From positions 6,220 through 70,219 of the IMG/VR virus record IMGVR_UViG_3300037340_000026: a stretch of 64,000 bases of DNA. One strand, given 5' to 3'. Below are positions 1 to 9,690 of the stretch, piece after piece. Every line of letters starts with the position of its first letter. The first letter of the stretch is position 1. The notes beneath the pieces are model-generated. The model had not been told where the DNA came from. It did no database searches and worked only from the letters and a program-made list of their open reading frames with translations. Origin of the DNA: a virus. A program made the position numbers and the translations under genes.

Positions 1-573
1 CGCGCCGCCGGCATCCTGTTCCTATCGCCCGAGAAAGAAGTGCTGCTGATGCGCCGGACGGAAAACGACGGCGATCAGGGCAAATGGGCCTTTCCGGCAG
101 GTGGCATCAAAAAGGACGAAACGCCGGAGGAAGCCGCGCGGCGCGAGACACGGGAGGAATCTGGGTACGAGCACGAGGGCGGACTGTCGCCGTTCATGCA
201 CAGCGATGCGCAGAATGTTGATTTCACTACCTATCTAGCACATAGTCAGAAATTCGATCCGAAGCTGAATCACGAGCATGACGGAGCCAAATGGGTGACT
301 CTAGATGAGGCCGCAAAGCTACCGCTGCATCCGGGCGTCAAGGCTGCGCTCGAAAAACTCGCCACGCGTGCGGGTAAGGCCCACGGCGGCGAATCCTCGG
401 GCGTGCCGATCGTCGCGGCTGGAGGCGAGTGGGTCATTTCGCCCAGTCACGTCAGGCAAGTTGGCGGCGGCGACATCGATCTCGGGCACCGCGTGCTCGA
501 CAGTTTCGTGCACCGTGTCCGCAAGGAACTGATTGGCACCCTCGCCAAACTTCCAGGCCCCAGACGTGACTGA
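1..573 (+). CDS. 3' part of a putative internal virion protein containing a NUDIX hydrolase domain (5'-truncated by window edge)
   Basis: Frame open from base 1 (RAAGILFLSPEKEVLLMRR). Nudix box G-GIKKD-E-TPEEAAR-RETREESGY at ~100-168, then a C-terminal GGEWVISP...LPGPRRD segment I recognise from phage virion proteins. Confidence 0.8.
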   Translation, partial: RAAGILFLSPEKEVLLMRRTENDGDQGKWAFPAGGIKKDETPEEAARRETREESGYEHEGGLSPFMHSDAQNVDFTTYLAHSQKFDPKLNHEHDGAKWVTLDEAAKLPLHPGVKAALEKLATRAGKAHGGESSGVPIVAAGGEWVISPSHVRQVGGGDIDLGHRVLDSFVHRVRKELIGTLAKLPGPRRD

Positions 574-742
574 CTCCCCTCAAACCCAAGACACCCGCGA
601 CATTGCCGAGCACTTGGCGAGCAGGATCATCGATGATCGCGCCTTTGACGTTATCGCAATGTCGTATCTGATCGAGAATGAACTAGACAAGTACGTGGAA
701 GAGGGCACGATGCGACTGGCTAAGGCTGCGGATCGGCGATGA
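533..742 (+). CDS. hypothetical protein (start possibly GTG at 566)
   Basis: ORF fills the gap between two genes; stop overlaps next start (ATGA). Confidence 0.45.
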   Translation: MAPSPNFQAPDVTDSPQTQDTRDIAEHLASRIIDDRAFDVIAMSYLIENELDKYVEEGTMRLAKAADRR

Positions 743-1233
743 GCGAGCCTACTCTAGAAATTAGACTCGCCACGGCGGCGGATATGGATGAGGTGATGAA
801 GTTGGCGGTAACGTGCTGCGAAGAAAACGGGTTTGTCAACGCGAGCGCGGACTTGTTAGCCAAGGAGATATACCCAGCGCTCTGCCAGGATCATGGCCTG
901 TTCCCAGTAATTGGCGAACCCGGTGGCGCTATCGAAGGCGGAGCGCTTTTGCGAATCGGCGCTATGTGGTACTCGCACGCCTCCGTCGTTGAAGAGCGCG
1001 CGATCGTCATCTACCCGAAGTTTCGGTCGGCCAAGGGCGGCAGGGCACGCCGGCTGTGCGAATACAGCAAACATGTTGCCGATACGCTTGGCATTCCGCT
1101 ACTCATAGGGGTTTTGAGCAATACCCGCACTGAGGGAAAGGTGAGAATGTACAAGAGAATTTTTGGCGAGCCTGCCGGGGCTTTTTTTCTGTATGGCGCG
1201 CAAGCGGTTCCTGGGCATGAGGTGGTAGCGTGA
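739..1233 (+). CDS. GNAT-fold acyltransferase-like protein
   Basis: IRLATAADMDEV N-terminus; VYPKFRSAKGGRARRL resembles an acetyl-CoA binding loop; lies just upstream of an ejection protein gene, as in many podoviruses. Confidence 0.7.
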   Translation: MSEPTLEIRLATAADMDEVMKLAVTCCEENGFVNASADLLAKEIYPALCQDHGLFPVIGEPGGAIEGGALLRIGAMWYSHASVVEERAIVIYPKFRSAKGGRARRLCEYSKHVADTLGIPLLIGVLSNTRTEGKVRMYKRIFGEPAGAFFLYGAQAVPGHEVVA

Positions 1234-1263
1234 CAACGAATAGATTAGAGGAGTAAGCGCGTC

Positions 1264-4200
1264 ACGGGTGGCAAGACGAGTACCAGTCAATCATCGGTGG
1301 CCGTGCCTCCGCAGGTTCTGGCTGCCTACCAGTCCGTGAACGCGAAGGCGAATGATACTGCGAACACGCCATTTCAAACTTACGGCCAAACTGCAGCCCC
1401 CGTAGCGCCAGGCTATAACGATACGAACTCTGGCACATTCGTCGCGCCGACAAATGCGGAGCAAGCTAAGGGCACCTCCGATATAAACGCCGCCACGCAG
1501 CCGATCAGCGGCTCGGACATAAATTCGTATCTCAGCCCGTATTTGGGCGACGTGCTCGGTAGCACAGAGGCACTCCAAAACAAATCGAACCAACAGGCGC
1601 AGGCGGGGCAGTTGGGGAACGCTATCTCTTCCGGCGCTTTCGGCGGCGACAGAACAGGCATCGCAGCGGCAAACTTGCAGGGACAAGAAAATCTAGCGAA
1701 CTCGAATGTTATCGCCGGGATTGCCAATCAGGGCTACAACACCGCACAGGGTACTGCGCTGACAGAGCAGCAAGTCGGCCTCGCTGGAGGACAAGCAGAA
1801 ATCGGCGCCGGCACGGTTCAGCAGCAAACGCAGCAGGCGCAGGACACTGCGGAATACAACCAGTTCCTGCAGCAGCAGAGTTATCCGTTCCAGGTCGACC
1901 AATTTCTGGCCAACATCGCTGAGGGCACGGGTTCATTGTCTGGATCGACGACCACGACAACTCAACCCGGCGGCTTCTTCTCTGACAAGCGCCTGAAGCG
2001 CGACATCAAGAAAATAGGCGAGACCTACGATCACCAGGACGTCGTGACGTACAAGATGGGAGACGACAAGCGCACGCGCATCGGTCTCATCGCGCAAGAC
2101 GTCGAGAAGAAGCACCCCGAGGCGGTCGGCGTGGCGGGTGGTTTTAAGACTGTTGACTACGGTAAGGCGACGGAGAAAGCGGCCAATCAGGGCCACTTCT
2201 ATGCTGGCGGCGTCGTGCCGATTGGCAGGAAGCGTTACGCCGGTGGGGGCACTCCTGACGGTCTTGCCGGGGTGCTCCAGGCCCAACAGGCGATGTATTC
2301 GGGGATGCCCGGCGGCGGTGGTCGGAGACAGATCAATGAATCGGGCAGCGGCGGGGGCGGTCACTCGCTCGCCGTGTCGAATGCGCCTCCCGTCGCCCAG
2401 CAGTCTGGCATCAGCCAAGTCAATCAGGGTATGGGGACCATCAATAACGCTAACAAACTGTATGGCAACCTCACCAAGCCTAGCGGCGCGCCAGCGGCGA
2501 CGACCGCGCAGGATGCAAGCGCGGCGAATAGTTACAACACCGCATTGAGCGGAAACGGATTGAGTTCGGTCAACGGCGCGCCGATGTCCGACAGTTCTGG
2601 CGGTTTGTACGTACCTCGATATACGGTGAACATGCCGACGTCTGGCGTCGTGCCAAGCTCGGCGACTCAGGCGGCGGTTCAACCCGCTGGCCTTCAGGGC
2701 GCTGGCCTGCAGGCATCAGGCGTGACCACTGCGGGCGCGCCGGAAGCGGCTGCGACGGCCGCTCCGGAGGCCGCTGCGGGCGCTGGAGCCGGAGATGCTG
2801 CAGCGGCAGGGGCAGCCGACGCGGCCGCCACAGGAGCCGCTGCAGATGCAGCCGGTACGGCCGCAGCAGGAGCCGCTGGAACCGCTGCAGCGACCGCAGG
2901 CACCACAGCAGCAGCCGAGGCCGCCGCAGCCCTGGCGGCCGAATACGCGGCTGCAGACGTGGGTATGGCGGCCCTCATGGTGGCGAAGCGCGGCGGCAGG
3001 ATCCGGCGGGCCGCTGGCGGCGCGGGCGGCACACCTTACCTTGAGGGCGGCTTGGATAGCAGCGGCGACCTGAATATACCGGAAGATCCGAATACGTCTA
3101 CGCTGAAAGCGGCCCCCGGCGCCGGGAAGCAGCCGACCGGCCTTCAGACCATGATGACAATGGGGGATCCGACGAAGTGGAGCAGCCTCGCTGGCGGCAT
3201 GTTCAGCAACCAGGCGCTGGCGACGGGTGGCGTCGCTGGACGGCGAGGGTACGCCGATTCCGGCGCAGTGGTCGACTCGGCTGACCTTCCGGAAGTGGAT
3301 GTGACAGCGAACCGCGATCCGCCGGCGTACGACACATCCCAAGTGCCTGATCAGGGCGTTGCTGGGGTGGTGGCGTCGGATCCGTCGGGCCCGGAGACTG
3401 CCGCGCCCGACAGTACCGGCGTGGCTGCTGCCGCGCCCACTGCGGCCACGAAATCGTTGTGGGACAAGATCAAGGGCAGCGCGCTCGCAAAACCTGAGAA
3501 CTGGATACCGCTGGCGAATGCCATCAGCGCCATGGGTACGGCAAAGACGGTGCATCCTGGCGTGGCGTTGGCGGCTGGGCTGGGAGCGGGTGCGAATTCG
3601 TACCAGGGCGAGCAGACGGCCCTCGCTCAGCAGGGGAGAACGGAGGCTCAGACCGGTCTGCTAGGGGCTCAGGCGACGGGCGTCGATATCGCGAATCAGC
3701 TGAATCGCATTACTAATCAGGCGGCGGCTGATGCCCTCTCAGGGAAAGGACCCTATGCTAAGCAGCTCCAAGCGCCCGGCTCGCAGCAGACCCCAACTGC
3801 ACCATCGACTGGTCCCAACGATACGGCTTCCGCTATCGATCAGAATGTTCGCACGCAATACCAGGTGCCCCCGATCACTCCGGATGAAGCCGATTTCAAT
3901 AATCGCATGGCCGCGCTCGCGGCGGCTACTAAGAACCCAGCGTGGAATGACATAGCAAAACAGCGCCAAGCTCAGCGCGTTCAAGCTCAGACATTTACTA
4001 ATCAGCAGGCTGCTCAGCATGAGGCTGCGGCGCTCCAGTCGGTCATGAATGATCCAACGCAGGATAAAGTGATCAGAGACGCCGCGACTGCTAGATACAA
4101 CGCGGTCTCTCAGCCTCAGTGGACCGGAGCGACAATAGAAGATAAGGGGGGCTCACTACGAAGTTCGCTAACGGGTGCGCCGACAGCGGGAGCCCAAGCT

Positions 4201-5160
4201 CAGACATTGACGCCAGAGCAAATGTCCGCTCGCGTTGCAGAAGCACAGACCCTCGTCGAGGTGCCGCAGTCTGACGGATCGACTGTCCAGGTTCCGAAAT
4301 GGCGCGCAGTCGGTGCCGCGAGCCCGCAGGCTTACGCACAGCAGACTGCTGGCGCTGGCCAGACACCAACGAATGGCGCGGGCGCAGCGCCGGCACGCAG
4401 TGCGCCGTCGCGTGTTCCCAGAGTTGCACCTGCTGAGCAGCCGCAGGCCCAGGTGGCTGCGCCTTTAGCAAAGGCTCTCGCTGACACAGAGTTCAAGGTC
4501 TCCACGCCTCCCGTGCGCAGCGGAGTATCGCCTACGCCGGCAGCGCTCGAGCAGCAAAAGGCTACCGTCGGAGCTCGCACAGAGCTGCTAAAGGACTCTC
4601 AGGACGCGACATCCACTGCGGCTCAGTCCCTCACTTACCTGAATGCGGCGCAGCAGATAATCAGTGCGAAAGGCATGCCGCCTACTGGCATCCCCGGGCA
4701 ACTGCAGATGGAGATCTCGAAGTGGACCGGAGGCACCGGAGTCAATGCGACCAACTACCAAGAGGTCGCCAAGTATCTCTCGAATTCCGCTCTGCAAAAT
4801 GCGCGCGCAACCTACGGGGCGCGTATGACGCAAAGCGAAGTTCAGTTGCAGCTGAATGAGATGAATCCATCGCTGCACATGACGCCAACAGCGGTCGGCG
4901 CCCTCGTGCAGGAAAATGCCCGCAATGCGCAGTACGCGATCGATAGTGCATCGCGAGCGCCGAAGTTTCTCGCTGCTGGTGGAGATCCTCAAAAGTTTGC
5001 CCAGTGGAATCAGCAATACTTCCCACGTCAGACCATTGTTAACGCTGGAGTCGCCGGTACGTCAAACAAGCCAGACCATGGCGGATTTATCGCCGGGCGC
5101 ACATACAAAGACGCGAAAGGCAATACTGGCGTTTATCTTGGCAACGGGAAATGGCAGTAA
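1264..5160 (+). CDS. large internal virion/DNA ejection protein with internal peptidase S74-like autocleavage chaperone domain; probable ACG start at 1264 (first standard start is GTG 1297)
   Basis: Gln/Ala/Gly-rich. FSDKRLKRDIKKIG...IGLIAQDVEKKHPEAV...VDYG at 1981-2163 is the S74 signature. GAGGAG at 1248-1253 precedes ACG-GGT-GGC-AAG. Confidence 0.75.
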   Translation, partial: TGGKTSTSQSSVAVPPQVLAAYQSVNAKANDTANTPFQTYGQTAAPVAPGYNDTNSGTFVAPTNAEQAKGTSDINAATQPISGSDINSYLSPYLGDVLGSTEALQNKSNQQAQAGQLGNAISSGAFGGDRTGIAAANLQGQENLANSNVIAGIANQGYNTAQGTALTEQQVGLAGGQAEIGAGTVQQQTQQAQDTAEYNQFLQQQSYPFQVDQFLANIAEGTGSLSGSTTTTTQPGGFFSDKRLKRDIKKIGETYDHQDVVTYKMGDDKRTRIGLIAQDVEKKHPEAVGVAGGFKTVDYGKATEKAANQGHFYAGGVVPIGRKRYAGGGTPDGLAGVLQAQQAMYSGMPGGGGRRQINESGSGGGGHSLAVSNAPPVAQQSGISQVNQGMGTINNANKLYGNLTKPSGAPAATTAQDASAANSYNTALSGNGLSSVNGAPMSDSSGGLYVPRYTVNMPTSGVVPSSATQAAVQPAGLQGAGLQASGVTTAGAPEAAATAAPEAAAGAGAGDAAAAGAADAAATGAAADAAGTAAAGAAGTAAATAGTTAAAEAAAALAAEYAAADVGMAALMVAKRGGRIRRAAGGAGGTPYLEGGLDSSGDLNIPEDPNTSTLKAAPGAGKQPTGLQTMMTMGDPTKWSSLAGGMFSNQALATGGVAGRRGYADSGAVVDSADLPEVDVTANRDPPAYDTSQVPDQGVAGVVASDPSGPETAAPDSTGVAAAAPTAATKSLWDKIKGSALAKPENWIPLANAISAMGTAKTVHPGVALAAGLGAGANSYQGEQTALAQQGRTEAQTGLLGAQATGVDIANQLNRITNQAAADALSGKGPYAKQLQAPGSQQTPTAPSTGPNDTASAIDQNVRTQYQVPPITPDEADFNNRMAALAAATKNPAWNDIAKQRQAQRVQAQTFTNQQAAQHEAAALQSVMNDPTQDKVIRDAATARYNAVSQPQWTGATIEDKGGSLRSSLTGAPTAGAQAQTLTPEQMSARVAEAQTLVEVPQSDGSTVQVPKWRAVGAASPQAYAQQTAGAGQTPTNGAGAAPARSAPSRVPRVAPAEQPQAQVAAPLAKALADTEFKVSTPPVRSGVSPTPAALEQQKATVGARTELLKDSQDATSTAAQSLTYLNAAQQIISAKGMPPTGIPGQLQMEISKWTGGTGVNATNYQEVAKYLSNSALQNARATYGARMTQSEVQLQLNEMNPSLHMTPTAVGALVQENARNAQYAIDSASRAPKFLAAGGDPQKFAQWNQQYFPRQTIVNAGVAGTSNKPDHGGFIAGRTYKDAKGNTGVYLGNGKWQ

Positions 5161-6926
5161 TGGCCTTCGACCCCACTACCGCAACGTTAGCGGACGCAGC
5201 GCCTGAGTTTGATCCATCGACAGCGACGCTTGCGGATTCTGGTCGTTCCGAGGCGTCTGACGGGACTGATCCGACTGAAGGCATGTCCACGACCGATAAA
5301 TTTCTCGCTGGCACCGGCAAGGGAATGGTCGATACGGGTCGCGGTGTATATCAGCTAGGCGCCTCCATCGGGCACGCCGCTGGCATGGTGTCGGATGAGA
5401 AGATGGCGTCGATTCAGCAGGACGTTGATAACTCTCGCGAGCTGGATGCGCCTCTCATGAATACGACTGCCGGGAAAGTCGGCGATGTTGTCGGAACAGC
5501 GGCTCCAGCATTACTGCTGCCCAGCGCCGGCATCGCCGGAAGCGCCGTCGAGGGGGCTGCGCTCGGTGCCGCTCAGCCCGTCCCGACCGGCGCATCCCGG
5601 TGGACAAATACTTACATGGGAGGGTTAGGCGGCGCTGCGGGAGCCGCAGCAGGGAAAGTGCTTGGCGGCGTTCTGGGCGGATTCGGGGGGGCCGGCGACC
5701 GTCAAGCAGCTGTCGATCTCTTGGAATCCGAGGGCGTCCCGGTAAGCGTTGGTCAGGCGACGAAAGCTAAACTCGCGCAGTCGGTCGAGCGCGCATCTGC
5801 GATGACGAGCGACGCGCCGGCGGAGTTTGCAGCGACTCAAGGCCAAGCATTCAACAGGGCCGTCCTTCGGCGCATAGGCATTGATAGTCCAGAAGTCACC
5901 AGCGCTGCTCCAGAGGTGTTAGGTCCTGCGAGAAAAGCGATCACAAACGTCATGGACGATGTAGCAAGTCGCACGAAAGTGAACTATGACCCGCAGCTTG
6001 AATCAGACCTTTCGATTATTGAACAGAACGCATCACGTCAAGTGCCGTCGAGCGAACTCGCCCCAATTCGCGCGAATATAGGCGATATTCTTGATAACGC
6101 CGCAGCGAACAATGGCGTGCTGGATGGTAACTTTTATCAGCGAGTGAATTCCAATCTCGGCGTGCTTTCCAAGAATCCTCAAGTCGGACCAGTAGCTGGC
6201 GATATCAAGGATGCGCTAACGGATGCGTTGCAGAGATCAGCAAGCTCGGACGATGTGAAGGCGCTCTCGAAGGCCCGTCAACAGTATCGAGCGCTTAAGC
6301 AGATGGAGCCAGCGATTGATCCAGCAACTGGAAATATCAGCCCATCAAAGCTCATTAACTCGCTTGCGACGAAGACAAACCGCAGTCAGGCGCTCTACGG
6401 AAAAGGCGATCAGTCGCTCATGGATCTGGCGCGCGCCGGCAAGCAAGTCATCCCAGAAAACCTTGGGAACAGCGGGACCGCGGAACGGGCTTTGCCAGCG
6501 CTAACCGCGCTAGAGGTAGCTGCTTCCGGCGAGCCTGTTAAGGCCGGTATCAAGGCCGGCGCGGGCGTATTGGGAGTGAATGCCGCCGGCAAAGCCTTAC
6601 GAAATCAGGGCGCCCTCGGGACTTATCTCACCAGCGGCATTCCGGGAGCGCGTGCTGCAGCGCCGATCATTCGGCGTGTTGCGCCCGCGCTCGGTTACGG
6701 TGCGGCGGAATCGCAGCTTCAAGGTGACGCGACGCCTCCACAAGATGACGCAACCGCCCGCGCCACCGGCGGCAAAGTAGATCACGAGGCTCTGGTTTCC
6801 AGATTGTTTACGAGATGGAAATCAGCCCAAAAAGATGCTGATGCCACCACGAAGCCGCTGCTGAAGTTTCCAGACGCTTCCATTATCAAAGCGCTTGAGC
6901 TAGCGCAGAGCCATCCAATCACATGA
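5151..6926 (+). CDS. internal virion/DNA ejection protein
   Basis: Ala/Gly-rich glycine-zipper-like hydrophobic segments and helical body; coupled to previous gene; C-terminal ARATGGKV motif. Confidence 0.65.
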   Translation: MAVMAFDPTTATLADAAPEFDPSTATLADSGRSEASDGTDPTEGMSTTDKFLAGTGKGMVDTGRGVYQLGASIGHAAGMVSDEKMASIQQDVDNSRELDAPLMNTTAGKVGDVVGTAAPALLLPSAGIAGSAVEGAALGAAQPVPTGASRWTNTYMGGLGGAAGAAAGKVLGGVLGGFGGAGDRQAAVDLLESEGVPVSVGQATKAKLAQSVERASAMTSDAPAEFAATQGQAFNRAVLRRIGIDSPEVTSAAPEVLGPARKAITNVMDDVASRTKVNYDPQLESDLSIIEQNASRQVPSSELAPIRANIGDILDNAAANNGVLDGNFYQRVNSNLGVLSKNPQVGPVAGDIKDALTDALQRSASSDDVKALSKARQQYRALKQMEPAIDPATGNISPSKLINSLATKTNRSQALYGKGDQSLMDLARAGKQVIPENLGNSGTAERALPALTALEVAASGEPVKAGIKAGAGVLGVNAAGKALRNQGALGTYLTSGIPGARAAAPIIRRVAPALGYGAAESQLQGDATPPQDDATARATGGKVDHEALVSRLFTRWKSAQKDADATTKPLLKFPDASIIKALELAQSHPIT

Positions 6927-7372
6927 ACTGCGTCGGTAACTATTCCTTTTGCATCGACCAGAACGCGACGTTTCTGCGGATCTTCACGTGGTTCGCTGGG
7001 TCGTGTTGCGGTGCCGTGGGCTCGCAGCCCGCTCCGGTCGATCTGACCGGTTACAGGGCCAACATGCAGATCCGCCCCTTTCCGTTGTCGAGCACGATTC
7101 TCTATGACGCGAGCGCCAATATCACCCTCGGCGGCATTGCGGGCACGATTACGCTGCTGATTCCGCCTCTTAATACGGCAGGATTCACTTGGTGGACCGG
7201 CGTCTATGATTTGCTGCTGACCGACCCGTACGGTGTCGTAACGCGGCTCCTGAGCGGATCGGTTTCGGTGTGCCCCGGCGTCACGCCGCTTTCCGTTGGC
7301 GAGCAATTCGTGCTGCTGCCCGGAGGGCAGGCGGCGCTGGTGCCGGGCGGAGAGGGGGTTTTGACGCCGTGA
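6923..7372 (+). CDS. putative structural beta-sandwich protein (BppU N-terminal-like)
   Basis: IDQNATF...VDLTGYRANMQIR...GVYDLLL...RLLSGSVSV pattern seen in phage structural proteins. Confidence 0.55.
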   Translation: MNCVGNYSFCIDQNATFLRIFTWFAGSCCGAVGSQPAPVDLTGYRANMQIRPFPLSSTILYDASANITLGGIAGTITLLIPPLNTAGFTWWTGVYDLLLTDPYGVVTRLLSGSVSVCPGVTPLSVGEQFVLLPGGQAALVPGGEGVLTP

Positions 7373-7806
7373 TGAACTGGAAAAAAGGCGGTGAGGATTA
7401 TTTGCCGCGGCTCAATGCCGCTGAGGTGAGGTTCGGGATTCCGACCGATTTGCTCGCGCGCGTGGCGTTTCAGGAATCCAGTTGGCGCAGAGATACTATC
7501 TTTGGTCCGCCGAACCCTGAAAACTGCGTCGGCATAATGCAGCTCAATTTGAGATACTTTCCCAGTGCCGGTAAAGATTGGCAGGCTGATATAGTGATGG
7601 CTGCACAGTACCTTTCGGAATTGCATGCCCGCTTCATGGATTGGACTTTGGCGGTTGCGAGTTACGACTGGGGGCCGACTAACGTGAGTGAATTCGAGGA
7701 AGGAAAGATCGCAGCGTTGCCTGTCGAGACAGCGAACTACGTCACGAAGGTCTTTACCGACGTTCCTGTCCTTGGTGCGCTCTCCAACCGTCAGAGTAAC
7801 GTATGA
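7372..7806 (+). CDS. lytic transglycosylase (SLT) endolysin
   Basis: Motifs QESSW (catalytic Glu), GIMQL, ASYDWG, ETANYV; ATG at 7372 after GAGGGGG. Confidence 0.85.
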   Translation: MNWKKGGEDYLPRLNAAEVRFGIPTDLLARVAFQESSWRRDTIFGPPNPENCVGIMQLNLRYFPSAGKDWQADIVMAAQYLSELHARFMDWTLAVASYDWGPTNVSEFEEGKIAALPVETANYVTKVFTDVPVLGALSNRQSNV

Positions 7807-8291
7807 ACGATATTGGCCTCCACTTAGTGCTCGAAGCGGTCCTCGGAGCCTCTTTGCTCTTCCTCGGAGCAGCTTATTGGAAGCTGCAAAGCAAGAAAGA
7901 GCTTGCGAAAGCGGCTTTGGAGACAACTGCGATTAGCGTTCAGGGTCAGCTCAATTCCTTGAAGGGACAGATGCTTATTCTAGGGCAGGCGGTGCAGCCG
8001 CTCACAGCAGCAATGGCGGCCGTGCTGGTCAAGAGTCTGACGCATTTCCATCACCCGGAAGTCGATGCACTGCTAGCGAAAGTCGGACCGCCGAGCACCC
8101 TCACGCGCGCGGAAGAAACGGCGCTGGCAAAGGCAATGGAGGCACGGATGCAAGACGGAGACATTACTCTACTGGAACGCAACTCGGCACGATTGATACT
8201 GCTATTTGTTGAACGCTCTCGGCTTGAAGATAACGGCAGCATCGAAGGCATGGACCTAGCGCTGGTCGGTGTTCCGAGGCCGCATGAATGA
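7803..8291 (+). CDS. membrane-anchored coiled-coil protein (lysis region)
   Basis: N-terminal hydrophobic helix followed by helical segment; coupled to endolysin. Confidence 0.5.
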   Translation: MNDIGLHLVLEAVLGASLLFLGAAYWKLQSKKELAKAALETTAISVQGQLNSLKGQMLILGQAVQPLTAAMAAVLVKSLTHFHHPEVDALLAKVGPPSTLTRAEETALAKAMEARMQDGDITLLERNSARLILLFVERSRLEDNGSIEGMDLALVGVPRPHE

Positions 8292-8368
8292 ATGGATTCA
8301 GCGGGCCGATAGTGATCGTGATCGTCATAGTTGTGGTCATTTCGCTCTATCTGATGTTTTGGAAATAG
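8288..8368 (+). CDS. single-TM micropeptide MNGFSGPIVIVIVIVVVISLYLMFWK
   Basis: ATG overlaps upstream stop; strongly hydrophobic 26 aa. Confidence 0.4.
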   Translation: MNGFSGPIVIVIVIVVVISLYLMFWK

Positions 8369-8380
8369 GAGACTCTGGAA

Positions 8381-8623
8381 ATGAGTAAACCCCATAAGCC
8401 GCACGATCAGAAGCATAAGCCCACGGCACCGAAGTCCGATAGTCTCGCTGGCGACCCCTATTACCAAGCGCGCGCGCTGGCGTTGCATGAGAGGTCCACG
8501 CTGACCGCGACTGAGCCACCGCGCGACAGTGAACAGGGTGAAACCGGGGAAACTAAACTAAACGCCCTGCAACGCTTCTGGAACTGGTTTCTAGCGTGGC
8601 GGCGACAGCCGCCGAGGGAGTGA
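8381..8623 (+). CDS. hypothetical protein
   Basis: AGGAG upstream; in operon. Confidence 0.5.
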   Translation: MSKPHKPHDQKHKPTAPKSDSLAGDPYYQARALALHERSTLTATEPPRDSEQGETGETKLNALQRFWNWFLAWRRQPPRE

Positions 8624-8626
8624 ATT

Positions 8627-8842
8627 ATGGATCTTTCATGGCTTGTCGAATTTCTGATCGTTGTCGTCATACTTTCGGTGGCCTTCGCGATCATCAAGTA
8701 CCTCATCATGCCGGCTGTGGCTCCTGCTGCTGTGCCCTATGTGTGGGCGATCATCGGCGTCTTGATGCTGATTGCGCTGATTGCAATCTTTGCTGGTTCT
8801 GGCGGCTCGCTATTCAACCATCACGCGATCACGGTGCACTGA
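8627..8842 (+). CDS. two-TM membrane protein (holin-like)
   Basis: GGGAG SD; two hydrophobic helices; lysis cassette. Confidence 0.55.
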   Translation: MDLSWLVEFLIVVVILSVAFAIIKYLIMPAVAPAAVPYVWAIIGVLMLIALIAIFAGSGGSLFNHHAITVH

Positions 8843-8976
8843 TGTTACTCCTCCTATTGGTCGTTTTCGTTGTGCTCTCCTACGGAGGCGCCTTGTACCA
8901 TGAGCCGTTTCGCGGTCCGGGCATTGGCCTCGGTACGATCTTGCTGATCGTGCTGATCGTGATGCTGATTCGGTAA
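8842..8976 (+). CDS. small membrane protein (DUF3309-like)
   Basis: MLLLLLVVFVVLSYGG...GIGLGTILLIVLIVML; TGATG coupling. Confidence 0.5.
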   Translation: MLLLLLVVFVVLSYGGALYHEPFRGPGIGLGTILLIVLIVMLIR

Positions 8977-8979
8977 CCT

Positions 8980-9336
8980 ATGAACGCAATGGACCTATTT
9001 ATTGCACGCACGCAGGCATGGACCTTCGTCCTGTGGTCGATGGCTTTTCTGGGCTTCCTGTACGTCATCGTTTTTTTCCATACACAGCTCGACGACACTA
9101 TCGAGAAACTTGTCTACGTGATGCTTGGCGTGATCGGCTCGAAAGTCGGGGAACAGTCCTCGTTCTTTTTCCAGCGCCAACGCGCCATCGGCCTTCCCGA
9201 TCCGACCACGACCACCACGACCACCAGTTCCACTACAACGCCGACTCCATTGGTTGTTCCGCCTGGAACGACCGCAACGACAGCGCCGGCTCAGCCGGTC
9301 GTCATCACGCCGACACCGCCAGAGGTTCACCCATGA
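8980..9336 (+). CDS. two-TM holin-like protein with Thr/Pro-rich tail
   Basis: Two hydrophobic segments followed by SFFF and a T-rich tail. Confidence 0.5.
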   Translation: MNAMDLFIARTQAWTFVLWSMAFLGFLYVIVFFHTQLDDTIEKLVYVMLGVIGSKVGEQSSFFFQRQRAIGLPDPTTTTTTTSSTTTPTPLVVPPGTTATTAPAQPVVITPTPPEVHP

Positions 9337-9689
9337 AAAAGTTACTCGTTATCCCATTGCTGGCGATGCTTGTCGCCTGCTCCGTCTTTGGCATCACCAA
9401 ACCACTCACTTTCGATGAGCAGCTTGCGACCGCCTACACCGCACACACCACAGTCGTACAGGCGGCCACAGTAGCGGTCCAAGCTGGCTCACTCTCGAGC
9501 GCGCAGGGCGATAAGATAGTTGCCTTATCGAACACATCCAGATCGATCCTGGATGCGGCCAGAGCGGCCGAAAGCGCTGGCAATGCAACAGGTGCCAGCG
9601 CGCAGTTGATTCTCGCCACGAGCGCCCTGACGGCTATCCAGACGTTCTTGAATACCAGTAAGGCGACACCGCTCGCCGGGAGCAAATAA
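9333..9689 (+). CDS. lipoprotein (lysis region, possibly spanin-like)
   Basis: MKKLLVIPLLAMLVA-C lipobox; GAGG SD; helical body. Confidence 0.6.
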   Translation: MKKLLVIPLLAMLVACSVFGITKPLTFDEQLATAYTAHTTVVQAATVAVQAGSLSSAQGDKIVALSNTSRSILDAARAAESAGNATGASAQLILATSALTAIQTFLNTSKATPLAGSK

Positions 9690-9690
9690 C

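Noticed and set aside
1168-1190. Hairpin plus T run resembling a terminator
   Set aside because: Weak stem inside the GNAT coding sequence; the T run is explained by Ala-Phe-Phe codons
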